Source: Halomicrobium mukohataei DSM 12286
GTDB taxonomy: Archaea > Halobacteriota > Halobacteria > Halobacteriales > Haloarculaceae
NCBI RefSeq assembly: GCF_000023965.1
Contig: NC_013202.1
Coordinates: 3,030,001-3,062,000 of the forward strand
Reading direction: 5' to 3'
Length of the DNA: 32,000 nt
Under the pieces are notes generated by a model that saw only the letters and a list, made by a program, of their open reading frames with translations, did not search any database and was not told the DNA's origin. Shown here one piece after another: positions 24,575-31,289 of this stretch. The position numbers and the translations under genes were made by a program. Position 1 is the stretch's first letter. Each line of letters begins with the position of its first letter.

Positions 24575-25198
24575 ATGTTCCGCGACCGCACCGACGCCGG
24601 CCGACAGCTGGCCGAGGCGATGGCCGACCGCGGCGTCAGCCCGGAGCTCGTCCTCGCGATTCCGCGCGGCGGCCTGCCACCGGGCCGGGCCGTCGCCGAC
24701 CACTTCGACGCGCCGCTCGGCGTGGTCGTCGCCAAGAAGCTCGGCGCGCCGAACAACCCCGAGCTGGCCCTCGCCGCCGTCGCCGAGGACGGGAGCGTCT
24801 GGCGCAACGACGAGCTGCTCGCGCGACTCGACGTGACCGACGAGTACGTCGACGCCGAACGCGTCCGCGTCGGCGACGAGGCACGCGAGACGGCCGAGCG
24901 GTACCGCGACGGGGCATTTCCGTCGCTACGGGACCGGCGCGTCGCCATCGTGGACGACGGGATCGCGACGGGCGCGACGATGCGGGCCTGCCTCGCTCGG
25001 GTGCGTGCCGCGGAGCCAGCGTCGATCGCGGTCGGCGTCCCGGTGGGGCCCGCGGACACGATCGACGACCTCGGGGCGAGTGCCGACACCGTCGTCTGCG
25101 TCGAGACACCGGCGGCCTTCCGGGCGTTCGGGGCCTACTACCGGAATTTCGGACAGGTCAGCGACGAGGAAGCGATGGGGTATCTGGCGTCCGAGTAG
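24575..25198 (+). CDS. Type I phosphoribosyltransferase of the uncharacterised COG1926-like group
   Basis: MFRDRTDAGRQLAEAM...VLAIPRGGLPPG, with PRPP-binding loop RRVAIVDDGIATGATMRA. The ATG at 24575 lies inside track ORF 23987-25198. Confidence 0.85.
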   Translation: MFRDRTDAGRQLAEAMADRGVSPELVLAIPRGGLPPGRAVADHFDAPLGVVVAKKLGAPNNPELALAAVAEDGSVWRNDELLARLDVTDEYVDAERVRVGDEARETAERYRDGAFPSLRDRRVAIVDDGIATGATMRACLARVRAAEPASIAVGVPVGPADTIDDLGASADTVVCVETPAAFRAFGAYYRNFGQVSDEEAMGYLASE

Positions 25199-25209
25199 CC
25201 CCGCGACGC

Positions 25210-26313
25210 TCAACGGCTCGTCGAGAGCAGCCGTTCGACAGTCGCCTCGACGGCCGCCGCGGCCTCGTGGATCTCGCTGCGGCGGACGTACTCGCGCTCG
25301 CTGTGGGCGACCGCGCCCTCCTCGTCGGCCAGCACGCCCGGACCGAAGACGACCGTCGGTGCGTCGGGCGCGAAGTGGGCGGCCTCCGTCGCGGCACCGA
25401 ACGGGCGGATCGCACCGCCGCTCTCCGCGGCGAGCGTCTGGACGAGCGTCGCTTCCCGGTCGGTCTCGAACGCCTCGGGGAACGGCGTGTCGGGCCGGAC
25501 GAGCGACACGTCGAGGGACATGCCGTCCGGGAGCCACTGCCCGAGGTGTGCTTCGAGCCGTTCGGGGAACTCGTCGCTGGTCTCCGGGGGGACGCTGCGG
25601 CGGTCGAAGGTGATCGTACACTCGGCGGGCACCTGGTTGGGGGCCTCGCCGCCCTCGATCATCGAGGGGGTGAGCGTGGGGCGGCCCAGCGTCTCGTGTT
25701 CGCCCGGACCGTGGTGCTCGCTGTAGCTCTCCATGGCCTGCATGATCGGCGCGGCGGCCCGGATGGCGTTCGCGCCGTCGGCGGGATCGGAGGCGTGGGC
25801 GCTCTCGCCGTGGATGGTGACCCGCCCCTCGAACTGGCCGCGGGCCGCGGTACACACGTCCAGGTCGGTCGGCTCGCCGACGACGTACCCGTCGGCCGAC
25901 AGCGTCTCTTCGAGGTGGCCCGCACCGGTCTGGTGGGTCTCTTCGTCTGGCGTGATCGCCAGCGTCAGCCGCCCAGCACCCACATCCGCCCGGAGGAAGG
26001 CGGCGAGCAGCGCGGCCAGTGGCCCCTTCGCGTCGCAGCTCCCACGGCCCCGGACCACGTCGTCCTCGCCCTCGCGAAACGGAACGTGAGGCGGGACGGT
26101 GTCGATATGCGTGTTCAGGACGAGGTGAGGGCCCTCCTCGGCCGCCTCGCGGCTGGCCAGCACGTTTCCGGCCTCGTCGACGGTGGCCTCGTGGCCGCCG
26201 TCGGCGAGCGCGTCGACCAGCAGATCGCGCATCTCGTCGACAGCGTCGTGGGAGGGCGTCTCGACGGCCTCCCGGTGGAAAGCGTCGATATCGAACGTCG
26301 CGGCGTCGGCCAT
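25210..26313 (-). CDS. dapE: M20-family metallohydrolase (ArgE/DapE family), probable succinyl-diaminopimelate desuccinylase
   Basis: Motifs LVLNTHIDTVP, GRGSCDAKG and ITPDEET, plus the dap gene context. The ATG at 26313 overlaps the lysA stop (TAATG). DapE versus ArgE cannot be decided from sequence alone. Confidence 0.75.
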   Translation of the reverse strand: MADAATFDIDAFHREAVETPSHDAVDEMRDLLVDALADGGHEATVDEAGNVLASREAAEEGPHLVLNTHIDTVPPHVPFREGEDDVVRGRGSCDAKGPLAALLAAFLRADVGAGRLTLAITPDEETHQTGAGHLEETLSADGYVVGEPTDLDVCTAARGQFEGRVTIHGESAHASDPADGANAIRAAAPIMQAMESYSEHHGPGEHETLGRPTLTPSMIEGGEAPNQVPAECTITFDRRSVPPETSDEFPERLEAHLGQWLPDGMSLDVSLVRPDTPFPEAFETDREATLVQTLAAESGGAIRPFGAATEAAHFAPDAPTVVFGPGVLADEEGAVAHSEREYVRRSEIHEAAAAVEATVERLLSTSR

Positions 26314-27554
26314 TACTCTCCGGCCTCGTCTTCGACGCGAACCACGTCGGCCATCGTCTCGCGGCGGCGGACCACCCGCTCGTCGCCGTCCTCGATGGCG
26401 ACTTCGGCCGGTCGGGGCTGGGAGTGGAACTGGTTGGCCAGTTCGTAGCCGTAGGCCCCGGCGTTGCCGATCGCCAGCAGATCGGTCCGCTCGGGGCGGG
26501 CGATCGGACGATCCGTCGCGAACACGTCGGCGCTCGTACAGCACGGGCCGCCGATCGAGACGGGGTGTGGATCTCGGTCGGGGGCAGAGACGTTTCGAAT
26601 CGGGTGATAGGAGTCGAACATCGCCGGGCGGATCAGCGTCGCCAGCGAGGCGTCGACGCCGACGACGGTCGTCGCTGGCGTCTCCTTGACCGTGTTGACT
26701 GTCGTGAGGATCAGCTCGGCGTCGGCCACGACGTAGCGGCCCGGCTCCAGTTTGATCCGGGCCGAGAGGTCACCGACCGCCTCGCGGACCCGCTCGCCGA
26801 CGGCCTGCATGTCCAGCGGCTCGGTCTCCTCGCGGTAGGGCACGCCGAAGCCGCCACCGAAGTCGACGAACTCCAGATCGGAGTCCCCGACTTCGCGGGC
26901 CAGCTCCGCGACCTTCGCGATGGCCCGGCAGTGGTCGTCGAGGTCCTCGCGCAGGACGCCGCTGCCCGCGTGGGCGTGCAGCCCCACGAGGTCGAACCGG
27001 TCGCGGAGATCGTCTGCGAGCGCGGGCACTTCGTCGTAGGGGATGCCGAACTTCGCGTCCTTACCGGTCGCGACCTTCTCGTGGTGGCCCGTCCCGATGC
27101 CGGGGTTGATGCGAATCGCGACGCGACCGTCGTAGCCGCGGTCTTCGAGGCGGTCGAACGTGTCCTCGGCTCCGCCGGTGATCGTCAGGCCGGGGTGCTC
27201 GTCGGCGAGATCGACCGCGTAGTCGAGGTCGCCCCCAGGAGGGTTGACCGCGGTGTACTGCAGCGTGTTGGGGTCCGCGCCGGCGTCGATCGCTCGCTGG
27301 AGTTCGCCGGCAGCGGCACACTCGATGTCCGCGCCCGCTTCGAGGAGTCCCGAGAGGACGGCACGGCCAGTGTGTGCCTTCGCGGCGTACATCACGTGCG
27401 CGTCGGGGAAGGCCGCGGCGAAGCGCCGGTAGTTCGCCGCGACGCGGTCCACGTCCAGCACGTACAGCGGCGTCCCGTGTTCCTCGGCCAGCCGGGCGAG
27501 ACGGTCGTGGTCCCAGTCCGCCAGTCGACGGACCGGAGGCGAGTCGCTACTCAT
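26313..27554 (-). CDS. lysA: Diaminopimelate decarboxylase
   Basis: PLP fold-III decarboxylase: TPLYVLD, YAAKA (PLP Lys), HAHAGSG, FGGGFG, EPGRY, GGPCCTSADV. The start is set at ATG 27554 (MSSDSPPV); the track's 33-codon extension is Arg-rich. Confidence 0.9.
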   Translation of the reverse strand: MSSDSPPVRRLADWDHDRLARLAEEHGTPLYVLDVDRVAANYRRFAAAFPDAHVMYAAKAHTGRAVLSGLLEAGADIECAAAGELQRAIDAGADPNTLQYTAVNPPGGDLDYAVDLADEHPGLTITGGAEDTFDRLEDRGYDGRVAIRINPGIGTGHHEKVATGKDAKFGIPYDEVPALADDLRDRFDLVGLHAHAGSGVLREDLDDHCRAIAKVAELAREVGDSDLEFVDFGGGFGVPYREETEPLDMQAVGERVREAVGDLSARIKLEPGRYVVADAELILTTVNTVKETPATTVVGVDASLATLIRPAMFDSYHPIRNVSAPDRDPHPVSIGGPCCTSADVFATDRPIARPERTDLLAIGNAGAYGYELANQFHSQPRPAEVAIEDGDERVVRRRETMADVVRVEDEAGE

Positions 27555-27697
27555 TGGGGAGTACACGGCGCGGGCGAGTAAGAAGGGTTCCGTTTCGGGC
27601 CGCCGGTAGTCGGTCCGTGTGGCCGCTCGTCTCCGGTCCGGGAATCCAGACACAGGGACCGACCGCGGCTCGACGATGCGAGGGAGACGAGGCGGGG

Positions 27698-28558
27698 TTA
27701 CCCGCTCTCACCCTCAGCCGGCGACTCAGTCCCGTTGTCGGACGCCTCCGTTTCAGTGCCCTCGTCCGGTGTGTCGGTTTCCGTGCCCGGCTCTTCTTCC
27801 GGTGTGTCGGTTTCCGTGCCCGGCTCTTCTTCCGGCGTCTCCTCCATCTCGCCCGCCATGAACGGCTGGATCGCCGACAGCACGTCCGGGATGGGGAGCG
27901 CCGGATCGTAGGCGTCCGGGAACGGCGACTCGCCGACGAGTGCGTTGAGCACCGCGGCGTGGCGCGCCTCGACGCTGTGGATCGACAGCGCGGCCGAGAG
28001 GATGTCTGGGCTCTCGATGCGCGGTGCGACACCGGCGTAGGCGGCGACGCCGGTGTTTTCGAGCACCTGTGCGGTCGCGATGAAGGCGTCGGCCGAGTCG
28101 ATCCCGAACTCGAAGGCGGGCGGGTCGGCCGGCGTCCCGCCGAGCGTCTCGATCACGCGGGCCAGCTGCTCGGTGTGTGACTGCTCCTGAGCGCTGATAT
28201 CCGCGAAGAACGTGGCCAACAGATCCGGCGGCACTTCGAGCGCGCTCGCGCTCGCCAGCGCCTCGCCGTCGAACTGTTCGAGCCCCGTGTTGTAGAACTC
28301 GTCTTCGAGGTATTCGAGCGTCAGCGCGTAGTTGAGCACGTCCACGTCCGTGTCGGGCTGGTCGAACTGGGACGGAACCTCCATGGGCTGGTTGCCAGCC
28401 GCGTCGTCCTCCTGGGCCGTCGCGGCCGTCCCGACCAGTCCCGCACCGATCACCGCACCCGTGCCCGCGAGTACGTCGCGCCGCGAGCGCATCGTCTGGC
28501 GGATGTCTTCCATCGTCGGCAATGCTGTGCTGTCGTCAGTTCGGTGTCTGTCTGTCAT
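27698..28558 (-). CDS. Tat-secreted ferritin-like domain protein with an acidic Thr/Glu/Pro repeat tail
   Basis: Twin-arginine signal MRSRRDVLAGTGAVIGAGLVGTAATAQ. Ferritin-like region LNYALTLEYLEDEFY...AQEQSHTEQL...LENTGVAAY...SVEARHAAVLN. C-terminal tail EEEPGTETDTPEEEPGTETDTPDEGTETEASDNGTESPAEGESG. Alternative starts are at 28513 and 28492. Confidence 0.75.
   Translation of the reverse strand: MTDRHRTDDSTALPTMEDIRQTMRSRRDVLAGTGAVIGAGLVGTAATAQEDDAAGNQPMEVPSQFDQPDTDVDVLNYALTLEYLEDEFYNTGLEQFDGEALASASALEVPPDLLATFFADISAQEQSHTEQLARVIETLGGTPADPPAFEFGIDSADAFIATAQVLENTGVAAYAGVAPRIESPDILSAALSIHSVEARHAAVLNALVGESPFPDAYDPALPIPDVLSAIQPFMAGEMEETPEEEPGTETDTPEEEPGTETDTPDEGTETEASDNGTESPAEGESG
27766..27831. 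repeat. Perfect tandem duplication, 2 x 33 bp (ccggtgtgtcggtttccgtgcccggctcttctt), inside the ferritin-like gene tail
   Basis: The units 27766-27798 and 27799-27831 are identical, with degenerate partial copies on both sides. They encode EEEPGTETDTP twice. Confidence 0.95.
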
Positions 28559-28820
28559 GTGTGTATCCTGCCAGTGCCGTGGCGTCTCTCGCTTGCGGAG
28601 ACGGACGGTTTGTTATGCGCAGAGATTTCCAGCCGGCGCTCGATACGGCCGCGTTACCCGGTCGCGAGGCGTTCGAGCGGGAACGACCGCGTTGACACTC
28701 CGGGTGACGACAGAGAGCGACGAACGGCGGCGTCTGTGGCCGGCGTCGGCGACGGCCGCCGCGAGTAAGGCGAGACAGTGTTCGGGTGCGGTCAGCTTAC
28801 CGCCGTGCGGGCGGCCGGTC

Positions 28821-29651
28821 TCACTCCCGTAGCGCGTCCTCTCGTTCCGTCGCCTCCAGCGTCTCCGCTTCCACGTCGGTCGCGACGACGGCGGGCTTGT
28901 ACGCGCCGCCGTCGAACAGGTCGTGGTCGCTCACGCTGGACTCGACGAAGCGAGTGAACGCGCGCCGTTCGGGCGGCAACTCGCCGTAGATGACTTCCTC
29001 TTCGACGAGGTCGTAGATCGGAATGCGGGGCGTCAGCAGCGTGTTCTCCCCGACGATGCTGTTCTCCCCGACGACGAAGCCGCTGGTGACCCGACAGCCC
29101 GCGCCCAGCGAGACGCCGTCCTCGACGACGACCGGCGTGCTCTCGACCGGTTCGAGGACGCCGCCGATCAGCGTGTTCGCGCCGAGCTTGACGTCGTCGC
29201 CGATCTGGGCGGCCGATCCCACCGTGTCACAGGAGTCGACGAGCGTGCCGTCGCCGACGTGTGCGCCGATGTTGACGAACGCGGGCGACATGAGGATGGC
29301 GTCGCTGCCGACGTACGCACCGCGCCGGATGACCGTTCCGTCGGGCGTGTTGCGGCTCCCCCGTTCGTGCAGGTCGTCGGTCTCGCGCAGCGGAAGCACG
29401 TCGTGGTAGGTAACGTCGCCGTACTCGCGAGCGACGGTCTCGCGCAGGCCGAAGTTCAGGAGGATCCCCTGCTTGACCCAGGCGTTGGCCTCCCACTCCC
29501 CGCCGCGTTTCTCGGCGGCCCTGATCTCGCCGGCTTCGAGCGCGGCGAGAAAGTCGTCGAGGACGGCCAGGTGGTCGTCGGTCGCGTCGGCGGCCGTCAG
29601 TCCGTCCTGTTTGCGTTCCCAGAGGTCGCGTACGTCTGCTTCGAGACTCAT
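28821..29651 (-). CDS. dapD: 2,3,4,5-tetrahydropyridine-2,6-dicarboxylate N-succinyltransferase (hexapeptide-repeat transferase)
   Basis: MSLEADVRDLWERK... with left-handed beta-helix hexapeptide repeats (VGDGTLVDSCDTVGSAAQIGDDVKLGANTLIGGVLEP...VEDGVSLGAGCRVTSGFVVGENSIVGENTLL). ATG 29651 has a TATA-like cgtatatcc (complement of 29674-29682) 23-31 nt upstream. Confidence 0.85.
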   Translation of the reverse strand: MSLEADVRDLWERKQDGLTAADATDDHLAVLDDFLAALEAGEIRAAEKRGGEWEANAWVKQGILLNFGLRETVAREYGDVTYHDVLPLRETDDLHERGSRNTPDGTVIRRGAYVGSDAILMSPAFVNIGAHVGDGTLVDSCDTVGSAAQIGDDVKLGANTLIGGVLEPVESTPVVVEDGVSLGAGCRVTSGFVVGENSIVGENTLLTPRIPIYDLVEEEVIYGELPPERRAFTRFVESSVSDHDLFDGGAYKPAVVATDVEAETLEATEREDALRE

Positions 29652-29938
29652 TGGGGCGAGATTGCCCCTCCTCGGATATACGTCTCTGGGTTTCCGACCG
29701 AACGGACGCCGGAGCGAACCGCCACGGCTCGACGGTCCGGTAAGTGACGGTTTCCGACGGAGAGCCGTGGGAACGGGCACATACGGTCGAACTAACAATG
29801 CGTGCGTCGACCCACCGTCGGCCCACGACCGATGAGAGCCGACAGCGATCCAGCGAGCGAGACGAGTGCCAGGAAGTGTCACGAGGACAGAACGACCGTC
29901 GCGACGACGCGCGAGCGGGGCCGATAGGTGACAGAGAG

Positions 29939-31228
29939 ATGAATCGCGTGACAGTCGACGAGGTCACGGCGACCGACACGACGCTGCGAGCGACGGTGAC
30001 GACCAGTGGCCGCGTCGGGCGCTTCGTCACCGACGACCCCTTCCTCGCCGACTACGGCGTCGACATCGCCGCCGTGCCGGAGTCGCTGCTCGTGGTTCCG
30101 GTGCTCGCACACGTCTGTCCCGTCGCCTGGGCGACGGGGGCGACGGTCGCAGTCGATCGCGTCGACGCTGCGTTCCTCGACTCGCTCCGACACGTCGGCC
30201 AGCGCCTCTGTGAGATGTATCCGGCGTTCATGCAGGGGGGCTCCGTCGTCTGTCAGCGGGCTGTCGAGGGCGACCGTGATCCCGGCGACCGCGACGGGAG
30301 TGCGCTGCTGTTTACCGGCGGCGTTGACTCGACGGCGACGTACGTCCGCCACGAGTCCGAACAGCCCGACCTGATCAGCGTCAGAGGATGGGTGATGCGA
30401 GAACGGGACCGCTGGCAGCGCAACCGCGAGTTCTTCGCCGACTTCGCGGCCGAGCGGGGCCTCGACGCGCACTTCGTCGAGTCGAACATGCTGTCGTTTC
30501 TCGCGACGCCGCTGTTGCAGGCCCACTTCCAGCGGTACCTCGACGGCGCGTGGTACAGCTCCGTCGGCCACGGACTGGGGTTGCTCGGCCTGTGTGCGCC
30601 ACTGACGGCGGTCGCGGACATCGGCCGGCTGTACATCGCAGCGACCCACACCGAGGAGTGGACTCGTCCGTGGGGCTCGCACCCGACGATCGACGACCGC
30701 GTCCGGTGGAGCGGGACCCAGGCTGTCCACGACGGCTACGAGTCGACGCGCCAGGAGAAGATCGAGACCATCGCCGACTACGTGCGCGGCCGGTCCCGAG
30801 AGATCACGCTCCGGACGTGCGTCCACGCCGAGGGTCCGCAGAACTGCAACGACTGCGAGAAGTGCTACCGGACGATCGTCGGTCTCCTGCTGGCCGGCCT
30901 CGATCCGAACGACCACGGATACGACTACGACGCCGCGACGGTCCCGGCGATCAGAGACACCTTCGAGTCCGGCGGGAAACACCTCTCGGCACAGAAGCGC
31001 TACCACTGGGAGACGTTACAGGACGCCGCCCGCGAGGTCGAGGCGATCGAGGCACCCGGTGGCCGGGAACTGCTCGGGTGGCTCCGAGAAGCCGACTTCG
31101 GGCCAGCAGTCGAGCAGTCGGCTCGACCGCTCGGACAGCGCCTCCTGCAGGCGACGGCTCGTCAGATCCCGACGAGCGTCTACGCGACGCTGTACCCGGT
31201 CTATCGACGGCTGTCCGCCGATCGGTGA
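29939..31228 (+). CDS. Uncharacterised PP-loop ATPase (adenine nucleotide alpha-hydrolase superfamily), QueC-like Zn-Cys motif, 429 aa
   Basis: PP-loop LLFTGGVDST (nt 30305-30334). Cys cluster C-x8-C-x2-C-x2-C, TCVHAEGPQNCNDCEKCYRT (Cys codons at 30818, 30845, 30854, 30863). ATG 29939 (MNRVTVDE) is preferred; the track's 65-codon N-terminal extension is basic and atypical. Confidence 0.75.
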   Translation: MNRVTVDEVTATDTTLRATVTTSGRVGRFVTDDPFLADYGVDIAAVPESLLVVPVLAHVCPVAWATGATVAVDRVDAAFLDSLRHVGQRLCEMYPAFMQGGSVVCQRAVEGDRDPGDRDGSALLFTGGVDSTATYVRHESEQPDLISVRGWVMRERDRWQRNREFFADFAAERGLDAHFVESNMLSFLATPLLQAHFQRYLDGAWYSSVGHGLGLLGLCAPLTAVADIGRLYIAATHTEEWTRPWGSHPTIDDRVRWSGTQAVHDGYESTRQEKIETIADYVRGRSREITLRTCVHAEGPQNCNDCEKCYRTIVGLLLAGLDPNDHGYDYDAATVPAIRDTFESGGKHLSAQKRYHWETLQDAAREVEAIEAPGGRELLGWLREADFGPAVEQSARPLGQRLLQATARQIPTSVYATLYPVYRRLSADR

Positions 31229-31289
31229 GCCCGAGTCGAGACGACGGCGTCGGCGACCCGCTCGGCCTCGCGGCGCGGGACCGACGGCG

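Noticed and set aside
29652-29938. Track extensions of dapD (to 29882) and of the QueC-like gene (from 29744), which would make the two genes overlap head to head
   Set aside because: Both extensions are Arg/Pro/Ser-rich and basic. Internal ATGs (29651 and 29939) give typical acidic N-termini, and dapD has a TATA-like box correctly spaced for 29651.
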